Shown here in pieces: positions 31,779-41,088 of a stretch of DNA of 64,000 nt. The DNA is taken from NCBI GenBank assembly GCA_963809485.1, contig CAWEJX010000020.1:320001-384000 (forward strand), given 5' to 3'. Position numbers and translations under genes: made by a program. The DNA comes from an uncultured Acidobacteriota bacterium (GTDB lineage Bacteria; Acidobacteriota; UBA6911). How positions within the stretch are numbered: position 1 is the first letter of the stretch; every line of letters starts with the position of its first letter. A model generated the notes under the pieces. The model did no database searches. It worked only from the letters and a program-made list of their open reading frames with translations, and was not told the origin of the DNA.

Positions 31779-32834
31779 CTATCCCTCCTTCATGGGAGCG
31801 TCGCCGGTTCCATACGGGCGAATGTCGGTAAATATGAAAGGCCGGTCAATCTTTGTGACGACCAGCGGGCAATGCGGGAGTGCCGCAGGAACGATCCAGA
31901 CCACGGGGACCGTGACAAGGTATCTTTCTACTTCCCCTTTTTTACCCAAATACAGCTCCACCTCTCCGCCCAGTTTGGTGGGATCGCCGGTATCGCCTCC
32001 GTGGAAGAGGATGAATTCCGGCTGCGAGTGCGCGTGGTAGTCGGGGTTGGGAAATCTGTAGGGCGCACTGATGAGGCTTTCACACATGATCACCGTCGGG
32101 AACAGCTTATTGTTGATTCCAGCCAGCGCTCCGCCGCTGTCATCTTTGCTTTCCGGATTCATATTCCCGGGCGTTTTCCGTATGAAGGCCGGGCGTACCA
32201 TATTGCTTCTATATTTGGACACCATGCCTGCAATCCTGCCCGGGGCCTGACTTCCCGGTGCCGTAGTTTCCTTATATTCGCGGGCCAGCGAGATTTCGAT
32301 GTAATAGAACCGTTTGGTCATCTTCCTCACGGTCAGAGGGAAATGGGGCATTCCACGAGGTATATACAGGGCGGTCGTGGAATTAATCTGCTGCACCTCT
32401 CTGTCGTCACCCAGACACAGCTCCACCTCCGCGTTCAAATCGCCCATGCTATAGCAGTTTCCGCCGAGCAGGTAGATAACCTGGTCGTAGTCGTGCACGT
32501 GCGCTCCATAAGGTTCCTTGCCGATCTTTCCGGCATAAACGACTGTCCCCATATCGACCGTCAGGTTTTCCCCTTCGAGGAACGTGCTGTCCATTCTGGC
32601 CCACGGCCTGAGGGATCCCGATCCGGGGTCCCCGAAGTTGATGGGTTTGACATATTTTGCAAATTTCGCGTTTTTCGGCCCGATGATTCCGGGCGCGATT
32701 TCAACGGCATGGGCCGACGGCACTTTCAGCCCGCTTACGGCTGCCAGGCCCGCCGCGCCACAGGCAACGTTTTTGACGAATTCTCTTCTGGTCGTGCTTT
32801 TCTGCTTTCTGTAGGTGTCATTCATGGCTGTCAT
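31779..32834 (-). CDS. Tat-exported protein with two cupin-like repeats
   Basis: TTRREFVK Tat motif; HVHDYDQVIYLLGG...YIPRGMPHFP and HAHSQPEFILFHGG...IVPAALPHCP. Confidence 0.7.
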   Translation of the reverse strand: MTAMNDTYRKQKSTTRREFVKNVACGAAGLAAVSGLKVPSAHAVEIAPGIIGPKNAKFAKYVKPINFGDPGSGSLRPWARMDSTFLEGENLTVDMGTVVYAGKIGKEPYGAHVHDYDQVIYLLGGNCYSMGDLNAEVELCLGDDREVQQINSTTALYIPRGMPHFPLTVRKMTKRFYYIEISLAREYKETTAPGSQAPGRIAGMVSKYRSNMVRPAFIRKTPGNMNPESKDDSGGALAGINNKLFPTVIMCESLISAPYRFPNPDYHAHSQPEFILFHGGDTGDPTKLGGEVELYLGKKGEVERYLVTVPVVWIVPAALPHCPLVVTKIDRPFIFTDIRPYGTGDAPMKEG

Positions 32835-33033
32835 TCCTTTCTCTCAAAGTCCGCATACGGCCTCCCTGCAATCGTCCGGGAGAAAGCTGTCGTCCAACGC
32901 TCCACTCCGAAGCGGTTTGGAAGCAATCCATCGCGGAGCGCCTTCCCCAATGATCGAACCACTGCTGCCCCGCGCCTCTGCCCTGCCGGTCCGGATACCG
33001 CGCTCCCGATGAAGGTGCCGGGAGTACCGAAAA

Positions 33034-33210
33034 CTATTCTACAAGCGCCTGATACAGCATCGTAATGAACTCATTATAGAAAATTCGATCGTCGGGAAAC
33101 TTCTGGGTGAGGAAAATCCCGACGATGCTTTTTTCAGGATCGACGATGAAGTGCGCGCTGGCGGCGCCGGACCAGCCGAACTCGCCCTTCGAGCCGAGAC
33201 TGCCGGGCAA
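33034..33210 (-). pseudogene. C-terminal remnant of a serine hydrolase (beta-lactamase family)
   Basis: GSKGEFGWSGAASAHFIVDPEKSIVGIFLTQ...YQAL only; no SxxK-containing N-terminus. Confidence 0.65.
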
Positions 33211-33545
33211 AAACGCGAGAACATTGAGGTGACGCCGGGCGGCGGCAGGATCCGATATTTCATAGTTCCCCCTCTTCGGCTGTTTCAGGACGGTTCGCCG
33301 GAACAATCCCGGTGGAGATTGAGCCGGCCTGGCGCCACTATAGCACAAGGAAAATGCAAACAGGAACGGCCGTGACCGGCTACCCGCCTGTGGGAATGCC
33401 CGATTATCAATATTCCTATGATTAAGGGCGGGACAACAATTGGCGCAATAACGCGGGAAGGATAAAAAATCGGGAATGTGCGGGGTTGCCGGGATGACGC
33501 GTAAATATAAAAATATATCGGGCGAAAAGCTCGACCACCGATCCG

Positions 33546-34112
33546 CTATTGAAGGCGCTTATCGGAAGGATGCTGCTTGGCGTCCCGATCCGGCGGATGG
33601 AGATCCTTCTCCTTCGAGCGGGAAAACAGGCCCATTGCCAGCTTCTCAAGATAACTGACGCCCTCGCTAAAACGTTTTCTCCGTTTCCCGGAGACATTGG
33701 TATCGAGCAAAGCCTCGGCCAGGTCCGCGCCGCTCAAATCGGCGTCCGTCAGATCGGCGCCGATCAGGTTCGCTCCGTGCAATTTTGCATTGCGCAGGAT
33801 CGCGCCTTTCAGATCGGTGCGGTGAAAAACGGCGTAGCTCAGGTCTGCCTCGCTGAGGTCCGCCCCTTGAAGCCTTGCGGAGCTGAGATCCGCATAGCGC
33901 AGAGTTGCGTGGTGGAGATTGGTCCGGCTGAGGTCGGCGTGACTGAGGTCCGCGTAGCTCAGGTACGCGTAACTCAGATTTGTATCCGCCAGCTCCACTC
34001 CCAGGAGATCCGGACGGATACTGGGATTCTCTATTCTCCAGTGATTCCATGGCGCCATGCTCATCGACGCAATTGCCGCCATCAGCGTCTCAACATGCTC
34101 TTTATTTGGCAT
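33546..34112 (-). CDS. Pentapeptide repeat protein
   Basis: N-terminal WNHWR.ENP.IRPDL followed by a long run of A(D/N)Lxx repeats; GGAGG RBS. Confidence 0.9.
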   Translation of the reverse strand: MPNKEHVETLMAAIASMSMAPWNHWRIENPSIRPDLLGVELADTNLSYAYLSYADLSHADLSRTNLHHATLRYADLSSARLQGADLSEADLSYAVFHRTDLKGAILRNAKLHGANLIGADLTDADLSGADLAEALLDTNVSGKRRKRFSEGVSYLEKLAMGLFSRSKEKDLHPPDRDAKQHPSDKRLQ

Positions 34113-34490
34113 ATCAACCTCCTAAATATGCAACCCGCAGACAGACTCCGCGCCCATCAGCCACAAAGACATGCCAATATCATCTCTCTATTTAAAGCAA
34201 TCGGTTGGCCACAACCCCGAATTATATGCAAAACCCGGCCCAAGTGAACGTGAAATAATTGTGAATAAATGGTTTAGGAAAATCACAGGCCATCATTCCT
34301 GGACAGTCCGGCTACGCCTGCGTTCGTTAACTGTAAATTCTTCCGACAGTCTGGGCGAAAAGGGATGCCTTACTATGGAGGTAAACGTAAGAATTAGTAA
34401 CTATTACGGTGCCTGGCGAACGATAAAATTCGGAATGTCGGTTTTTCTTACAGTTGCCCGGTTGCTTCAGGGCTGGATTCACAGGTATTT

Positions 34491-35171
34491 TTAGGGCTTA
34501 TGTTTTTGTTGGCCGCACCAGTCCATCGCGTCGCAATTTTGGGCTATGCCGGTATAATCCCGGTAACATGCCGCGTTGGAAGAAACAACCGTTTCCAGGG
34601 AAGGGGGGATGCCATCGAACAGATCGCCCCCGCACGTATAGTAATAGCGGGCATCCACACTCTCATTCCGGAAGCATGCCGCCACACTCAAAGCGTGGTA
34701 ATGGCTTGAAACGACATACAGCGTATCCTCTTTCCGGATCAGCGCTTCCCCACCCTGCTGGAGATCCCGGCTGTAACAGTAATTCTGCACCGTTGAGCCG
34801 GAATTTTCCTCCCTGAATAAACGAATCCCGAAAATGTCAGAACCGCAGGCGTCCCCCATTTGCCGTTGCATGTCGGAAGCTTCGCAGTTCTTTGCATCCG
34901 TGCCATGGGCGCCGCATCCACCGGAAAAGATAATTTTATCGAAGCGGATATTTTTGCCCTTGATCCGGATCATGTCACAGGCAAGCGCAACGCGTGTTGC
35001 GCGCGTTTTCGGGTCGCTGCTTCCCAGGATCAGCATGATTGCGGAATGAGCATCTGCCGCTTGAATTGCCGGATTCGCCGGTTCCCGGACCGCGACGCCG
35101 GTTTTCGGAGCATCGAGGACAAAAATCCCCGAGAGCAGCGCCAAATGAAAAACAAATTTCCTATTCTTCAT
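34491..35171 (-). CDS. Exported YdcF/DUF218 (ElyC/SanA-like) protein
   Basis: ILG...R, IIFSGG, EASDM, EENSGSTVQN, VVSSHYH. Confidence 0.7.
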   Translation of the reverse strand: MKNRKFVFHLALLSGIFVLDAPKTGVAVREPANPAIQAADAHSAIMLILGSSDPKTRATRVALACDMIRIKGKNIRFDKIIFSGGCGAHGTDAKNCEASDMQRQMGDACGSDIFGIRLFREENSGSTVQNYCYSRDLQQGGEALIRKEDTLYVVSSHYHALSVAACFRNESVDARYYYTCGGDLFDGIPPSLETVVSSNAACYRDYTGIAQNCDAMDWCGQQKHKP

Positions 35172-35438
35172 CCGATATCACCAGCGGCGGGATCGCCGAT
35201 CGCTGCAGCCGCGGCCATGAAAAGGAATTCTGCCTGGGTGCTCCAATATATAGAAATTCCCCTTCCGGGCAAAGACGAAACGTTGCGCCTCCATTGCATC
35301 GGGCTTCGAGCGTTTTCCGGAACTCCCGGGCGCCGCGGTGAAAAACGGCCTCAAAGACTCAGGGCCTCAAACCTTCCCCCAGACAGCCCGCAATCCGGCC
35401 GCCGCTTTCCGGGGCCGGAAAAGGACTCATTAAAACAG

Positions 35439-35491
35439 TTGACATGAAACGGCCTCATATATTAATGTGGGGCAACGTGGGTGATTGTGGG
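35439..35491 (+). promoter_or_regulatory. mraZ promoter with three MraZ-binding GTGGG repeats
   Basis: TTGACA 35439-35444, AT-rich -10 region, GTGGG at 35467, 35477 and 35487 (10-bp period). Confidence 0.8.
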
Positions 35492-35512
35492 TAATCATAC
35501 GGATGAGCAATC

Positions 35513-35968
35513 ATGGCAAGATTCCGAGGCAGGTACGACTTCTCCATTGACGAAAAGGGGCGCATCAACATCCCGTCGAAGTTCCGGAAGCTGTTGTCGC
35601 CTGCAGCGGAAGAAACCCTTGTAATCTGTCGAGCGCCGGACGGCTGTCTTTGGGCCTACCCCAGGGACGAATGGGAAAAATTCGAGGATTCGCTCAACAG
35701 CAAACCGGTCAGCAGAGAATTCAACAAGTTCCAGCGCCTGATGCAGAGCAATCTGAGTGATTCCATACTCGACAGGCAGGGAAGGGTTTCGCTCACGCCT
35801 CTCCAGATGAAGATCGCGGGCATCACCAAAGATGTGAGCATTATCGGCCGAGGCGCCTATCTGGAGATTTGGGATACCAGACGGTTCGAGGAGTACACCG
35901 GCAGCGGCGAGGATTTTGATGAGGTGTACTACAAAACCATCCGGTCCGGAGTCTTTTCAGACGAGTAG
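35513..35968 (+). CDS. mraZ: Transcriptional regulator MraZ
   Basis: FRGRY..SIDEKGRINIPSKFR, LDRQGRV, LEIW motifs. Confidence 0.93.
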   Translation: MARFRGRYDFSIDEKGRINIPSKFRKLLSPAAEETLVICRAPDGCLWAYPRDEWEKFEDSLNSKPVSREFNKFQRLMQSNLSDSILDRQGRVSLTPLQMKIAGITKDVSIIGRGAYLEIWDTRRFEEYTGSGEDFDEVYYKTIRSGVFSDE

Positions 35969-36025
35969 AAGCCACTCTTTTCTCATCCTTCGCTGACGTC
36001 ACGGTTTTCACGTTACAGCGGCGGG

Positions 36026-36106
36026 TGCAAGTTTCAGGTTGCAGGTTGCAGGGCGCGATCCATGGCCTCCGGATCGACTCCCGCAATCTGGAACCTGCAA
36101 TTTGGC
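36026..36106. repeat. Inverted heptamer (ttgcagg/cctgcaa) array between mraZ and ftsL
   Basis: tttcagg ttgcagg ttgcagg ... tctggaa cctgcaa, located where rsmH normally lies. Confidence 0.45.
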
Positions 36107-36189
36107 ACCGGCAGCCAGGAATTTGTGCCGCCCGTTCTGCGGGCATCTATCGTCTGTTTGAGTAAAGCCGAAAACCGAAGGAGAAAGCC

Positions 36190-36615
36190 ATGTTGGATTT
36201 GGCCGCCGGAATCGAAGCCAGGAATTATGGTCTCAGGACATCAGGCGATCCGAGAAGCGTGCTGGAATGCCTGAAAATCATCTGGCCCCTGTTTGTCATA
36301 GCAGGCGCTCTTGCTTTCCACGTGTGGGTGCATAGTCATAATATCCAGGTCGGGTACTGGAGCCAGGAGCTGAGCGCGCAGGAGCGGGAACTGTCACAGA
36401 CAGGCCAGCAACTTATGCTGCAGCAACGGACGCTTGAGGATCCCAAGTGGCTGGAGGCTATCGCCCGAAGAAGCCTCGGAATGATCATCCTCCAGCCGAA
36501 CCAGATCATCCCGGCACCTCCATCCATGAATTGGGATACAAGCAAATCCGAAACTCCCGGGTCCGGAAGGCTCTTACGTCCTTTCGAGCCAGGGAAACCG
36601 TCTGCATTCAATTAA
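36190..36615 (+). CDS. ftsL: FtsL-like cell division protein
   Basis: Single TM, coiled coil, L.DP..LE.IARR.LGM..P.Q; positioned before ftsI. Confidence 0.7.
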   Translation: MLDLAAGIEARNYGLRTSGDPRSVLECLKIIWPLFVIAGALAFHVWVHSHNIQVGYWSQELSAQERELSQTGQQLMLQQRTLEDPKWLEAIARRSLGMIILQPNQIIPAPPSMNWDTSKSETPGSGRLLRPFEPGKPSAFN

Positions 36616-36617
36616 AT

Positions 36618-38363
36618 ATGTTCGAACGCACCGGATTCTTTGTTCCCGGCAGGTTTGTTGCCGTGATGGCATTCTTCGTCTTCTGGAGCCTTCTGGTCAT
36701 CGCGAGACTTGTTCAATTCCAGGTTTTTCAGCACGAGAGATATGCCAAACGGCCGGCCGGCGCATATTTTTTGGCCAAACCGGTATACGCGCCGCGAGGC
36801 GCCATCTATGACTGCCGCATGTCTGAGCTGGCCACCAATGTCATGGTCGATACCGTCGCAGTGGAGCCGGGAGCAATTCAGGATATTCCTGCCGTTTCAG
36901 AAAAACTTGCGTCGCTTCTGGAAATGGATCCCACGGTGCTGCGGAACAGGATGGGCGACCCTCTTCGCCAAAAGTATTTAAGAGTCAAGCGAAGGATTGA
37001 CCCGGGAGTGGCGGCACGCGTCAAATCTCTTGGACTCAGGGGCGTCCATCTGGAGGCCGAAAATCTGCGGGTATACCCCAACAGAGATCTGGCCAGCCAC
37101 ACCCTGGGTTTCGTAAACCTAGCCGGCAATGGGGCGGCAGGGCTGGAGATGCAGTACGAAAATCAGCTCAATGGAAGAAACGGCAAGGTCCTTTGCGAAG
37201 TCGATGCCCTCGGCCGATGCTTCCGTGAAAGCGAGTCGATCGCCCCGATCCCCGGGAGTTCGCTGGTCCTGAGCATTGACGGTTCCATCCAGCACATAGC
37301 CCAAAGAGAACTGTCCCTGGGAGTGGAACGGTCCCGTGCGGCAGCCGGTGTCGCCATTGTGATGGAGTCCGAAACGGGGAGGATCCTGGCGCTTGCCAAT
37401 TATCCCGATTTCAACTGCAACACCTATGGGGAGTACAACATGAAGCTGTGGCGGAACCGGGCCGTCCAGGACCAGTTTGAACCGGGATCGACACTGAAAG
37501 TGGTCGTGGCTGCAGCAGCCCTGGATGCAGGATTAACCAGGCCGGGCGAACTCATTGACTGCAGGATGGGGTCCATAACAATAGGCGGGCATGTCTTTCA
37601 CGATCACACTCCCTATGCCCTGCTGACCTTCCTGCAGGTTCTCGAGCACTCCTCCAACATCGGCGCCATAGTGCTGGGCATGCGCCTGGGAGAAGAGCGG
37701 CTCTATGAATCCCTCCGCAGCTTCGGATTCGGTTCCAGAACAGGGATCGACCTGCCGGCGGAAGCCGTCGGCAGGCTGAGGGAACCGGAGAAATGGTCGG
37801 CGCTCTCGATTGCTTCGATTTCATTCGGCCAGGAAATCGCCGTCACTTCAATGCAGATACTCGTTGCGATCAACGCTATCGCCAACGGCGGCTACAGAGT
37901 GTGCCCTTCGGTTGTGGACCGCGTCATCGACGGCCGGGGGGCATCTGTCCGGATGAAGGCACCGGAACGGATCCGAATGATGCGCCCTGAGACCGCGGCC
38001 GTGATAGGGAATGCCTTCGAGGGTGTGGTTTTGCGCGGGACGGGAAAGCGTGCGGCGCTGGAAGGATACCGTGCAGCGGGCAAAACCGGGACCGCACAGA
38101 AAGCGGAGCGCGGACGCTTTTCGAAAAGCAGGTATATGGCCTCCTTTATCGGCTTTGCGCCCTTGCCGCGGCCCCACGTGACCATTCTTGTGCAAATTGA
38201 CGAGCCCAAAGGGGCTATCTATGGCGGCGAAGTAGCGGCTCCTGTGTTTCAAAAAATCGCCCAGGAGACTCTGCTCAATCTTCGTATACCGCCGGATAGG
38301 AGTCTTCTTTCACTGAATAGCAGTTCGGCGCTTCCCGCTCGGAATTCGAGACCGCCGGAATAG
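36618..38363 (+). CDS. ftsI: Class B penicillin-binding protein FtsI
   Basis: PRGAIYD, RVYP, GLE..Y, EPGSTLK (SxxK), HSSN (SxN), GKTGTAQK (KTG). Confidence 0.9.
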   Translation: MFERTGFFVPGRFVAVMAFFVFWSLLVIARLVQFQVFQHERYAKRPAGAYFLAKPVYAPRGAIYDCRMSELATNVMVDTVAVEPGAIQDIPAVSEKLASLLEMDPTVLRNRMGDPLRQKYLRVKRRIDPGVAARVKSLGLRGVHLEAENLRVYPNRDLASHTLGFVNLAGNGAAGLEMQYENQLNGRNGKVLCEVDALGRCFRESESIAPIPGSSLVLSIDGSIQHIAQRELSLGVERSRAAAGVAIVMESETGRILALANYPDFNCNTYGEYNMKLWRNRAVQDQFEPGSTLKVVVAAAALDAGLTRPGELIDCRMGSITIGGHVFHDHTPYALLTFLQVLEHSSNIGAIVLGMRLGEERLYESLRSFGFGSRTGIDLPAEAVGRLREPEKWSALSIASISFGQEIAVTSMQILVAINAIANGGYRVCPSVVDRVIDGRGASVRMKAPERIRMMRPETAAVIGNAFEGVVLRGTGKRAALEGYRAAGKTGTAQKAERGRFSKSRYMASFIGFAPLPRPHVTILVQIDEPKGAIYGGEVAAPVFQKIAQETLLNLRIPPDRSLLSLNSSSALPARNSRPPE

Positions 38364-38389
38364 GCATTCCTCAGCCTGGATGAAAAGCC

Positions 38390-39529
38390 ATGGTATCCAA
38401 AGCAGGCAATGATCGGTTTCTGTTTATGGGAATCAGCATCCTGACGCTGTTCGGGCTGCTAATGGTCTACAGCGCCTCTATGGTCGTCGCCGCTGAAAGA
38501 GCAGGGAGTCCATCCTATTATTTTATTCGACAGTCTCTCCACGCCGTTGCCGGCTACCTTCTCATGATCGTGCTGATGTTCGTCGACTACCACAAGTGGC
38601 TCAGGCTAAGAACTATCCTCTATTGGGCGGCGCTCAGCCTGACGGCTTTGCTGCTTGTTTTCCATCATGCCCCCATCAAAGGCGCTCATCGGGCATTGAG
38701 AATTGAGCTTGTTTCCTTCCAGCCATCGGAATTGGCCAAGCTGGTGATTCTTTTCTACGTTGCGTATTTTCTGCAAAAGCACCAGCAGGAGATCGAGCAT
38801 CCCGGCTTGCGGCTGTTCCCCTGCGTTTTGTTCGTGGGACTGTTCACCGGACTGATCGCTATGGAGCCGGACCTCGGCCAGGTCCTTTGCATTCTCTTCA
38901 TCGTCACGCTGCTGTTTTTCATTGCCGGCCTGGATTGGAAATACATCGCGATCGCCGCGCTTCCACTGCTGCCGCTGTTTTACTTTTTCACCTGGAAAGT
39001 TCCTTTCCGTCGCGCCCGCATCCTTGCCTGGCTGGCTGCCTTGCGCGACCCTCTCAACGCCGATTATCACACACGGCAGACAGCGATCGCCCTGGGGCGC
39101 GGCGGCTTCCTGGGAGTTGGGTTCGGACAAAGCCGGCAGAAATTCTTTTTTCTCCCCGAGGTCATCGGCGATTCCATCTTTGCCCTGATCGGCGAAGAAC
39201 TTGGGTTGGTCGGCGCGGTTTTGGTTCTTGCGGCCTACCTGGGCTATCTGATTTTGGGCGCCAAAATCTCGATAAAAGCCCCCGACCGCGGCGGCTTCTA
39301 CCTGGGACTGGGCATCACCCTGATGCTGGCGCTGCAGGCTTTTGTCAACATGTCCACAGCCCTGGCCATCGTGCCGAACAAGGGGCTTACGCTGCCCTTC
39401 ATCAGCCAGGGAGGCAGTTCGCTCGTGATCAGCCTGATGGCAACGGGCATTTTGCTGAACATCTCTTCGCAGCGGAAAACAGTCGCTGATAACGAGGAAC
39501 AGCCGCCGGGCGCAAAGGAACAGATCTAA
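38390..39529 (+). CDS. ftsW: SEDS peptidoglycan polymerase FtsW
   Basis: GLLMVYSAS, FQPSELAK, EPDLG, QKFFFLPE..GD.IF..IGEELG, PNKGLTLPFISQGGSS. Confidence 0.9.
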   Translation: MVSKAGNDRFLFMGISILTLFGLLMVYSASMVVAAERAGSPSYYFIRQSLHAVAGYLLMIVLMFVDYHKWLRLRTILYWAALSLTALLLVFHHAPIKGAHRALRIELVSFQPSELAKLVILFYVAYFLQKHQQEIEHPGLRLFPCVLFVGLFTGLIAMEPDLGQVLCILFIVTLLFFIAGLDWKYIAIAALPLLPLFYFFTWKVPFRRARILAWLAALRDPLNADYHTRQTAIALGRGGFLGVGFGQSRQKFFFLPEVIGDSIFALIGEELGLVGAVLVLAAYLGYLILGAKISIKAPDRGGFYLGLGITLMLALQAFVNMSTALAIVPNKGLTLPFISQGGSSLVISLMATGILLNISSQRKTVADNEEQPPGAKEQI

Positions 39530-39572
39530 AAATGGTGTCATTTTGTTGGCCTGACTGCTTACAGAGTCGATC

Positions 39573-40799
39573 ATGAAAAAGAGAGAGCGGATTATCTGCG
39601 CATTGGATGCAGGCACCTGCAAAACGTGCCTGATCATTGCCCGTTTGCGTCCTGACGGCGGGCTGGAAGTGCTCGCCAGCGGCTTCGCCGGTTCCTGCGG
39701 CCTGGCCAAGGGCATTGTTATGAACGCGGAGGAGGTGGCGGCCTCCATTCGCCAGGCCGCGAATGAAGCGGAATCCAGGTCGAATATATCCGCAAATCGG
39801 GTTGTCGCCGGGATTTCCGGCAAACACATTCAGAGCCACAATTTCCGGGGCAGCGTCGAGGTCCGGGGCAGCCACTGCCAGGTGACGGCAGGCGATGTGC
39901 ACAATGCCGTGCGGGCTGCGCAATCGGTTCCCCTTTCCCCTGATCGCGAGATCATCCACCTGCTCGCGCGCGAATTTTACGTCAACAGCCGCGGCGGCAT
40001 CAAAAATCCGGTGGGTTTAAGCGGATCGCAGCTGGATGCCGATCTTCACGTGGTTTCCTGCGACGGAGCATTGAGCCAGAGCCTTATCAATGCAGCCAAC
40101 CAGGCTGAGATCGAGGTGAAGAGGCTGATCCTGCAGTCCCTGGCCAGCGGCGAAGCAGTTCTTACCCCCGAGGAAAAGGAGCTCGGCGCAGTGGTCATCG
40201 ACATCGGCGGCGGAACAACCGATATCGCGGTATTTCTGGAGAACTCGATATGCTTTTCATCGGTCATCGCGGCGGGAGGAGCGAATTTTACCCGTGACCT
40301 CATCGAGGGAATTAAAATATCCCGTGAAGAAGCGGAACGCATCAAGGTCGATTTCGGCAGCGTCCTGCCGGATCAGGTTGATCCCGACGAGCTTGTGGAA
40401 ATCCAGGGCCTGGGGATGCGCGGAGCCTGCAACATCCCGCGCAGGGTCCTATGTGAAAATCTGGGGGACCGCGGCGCGGAACTTCTGGAACTGATCCGCG
40501 AGGACATTCTCCGCTCCGGGGTGCGGCACAAGCTGACCGCGGGAGCCGTCATCACAGGCGGCGGAAGCATGTTGAGGGGCATCCTGGAACTGGCGGAAAG
40601 CGTTCTCGACATGCCGGTCCGTCAAGGGATTCCCAGGGGATTCACCGGGCTGGAGAAGGAATTGGCGCATCCCATTTATGCCTGCGTGGTCGGCCTGGCT
40701 CTGCTGGAGGCGCAGCAGGCTTCCGTGCAGGATTTCCAATACAGGCCGCCCCCCATACCGTCCCTGACTCAAAGGATCCTGTCGTGGTTTGAGCATTGA
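39573..40799 (+). CDS. ftsA: Cell division protein FtsA
   Basis: ALDAGTCK, NPVGLSG, VIDIGGGTTD, AERIK, VITGGGS, C-terminal amphipathic QRILSWF. Confidence 0.92.
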   Translation: MKKRERIICALDAGTCKTCLIIARLRPDGGLEVLASGFAGSCGLAKGIVMNAEEVAASIRQAANEAESRSNISANRVVAGISGKHIQSHNFRGSVEVRGSHCQVTAGDVHNAVRAAQSVPLSPDREIIHLLAREFYVNSRGGIKNPVGLSGSQLDADLHVVSCDGALSQSLINAANQAEIEVKRLILQSLASGEAVLTPEEKELGAVVIDIGGGTTDIAVFLENSICFSSVIAAGGANFTRDLIEGIKISREEAERIKVDFGSVLPDQVDPDELVEIQGLGMRGACNIPRRVLCENLGDRGAELLELIREDILRSGVRHKLTAGAVITGGGSMLRGILELAESVLDMPVRQGIPRGFTGLEKELAHPIYACVVGLALLEAQQASVQDFQYRPPPIPSLTQRILSWFEH

Positions 40800-40841
40800 A
40801 ATGGAAAGTGCGGTGAATTCATTATAGAAGCTGATTCCCGG

Positions 40842-41058
40842 AGTCAGGCACCACCGGCAAAGCCGGAGGCGTGAAAGATTGGAACCCCTCAAAGCGGTTG
40901 GAGGAGTTACGCTGGTCTTGAACGCTGACTTACGCGGGCAAAAGCCGACCCTCGCCGAACAAATCGGCGTTTGTCAGCGCGTTTGTCAGCGTATTTCAGC
41001 GTTTCAAAATACGGAGCTGTCAAGCTCTATGAATCCCCCGGCAGAGCCGTGGGTTTGC
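40842..41058. repeat. Dispersed non-coding element, family B copy 1
   Basis: Colinear with 63245-63442 (agtcaggcacc.ccggcaaagccggaggc...gttggaggagtta...tcttgaacgctgac...tttgtcagcg...ttcaaaatacggagctgtcaa); followed by a ccccggcagagccg hairpin. Confidence 0.85.
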
Positions 41059-41088
41059 CAATAGAATCAGGGATCTCCCGCCTGAATT

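Noticed and set aside
33690-34000. 15-bp periodic DNA repeats that could be taken for a CRISPR or tandem array
   Set aside because: They are the coding pattern of the pentapeptide repeat protein; there are no unique spacers and no cas genes.
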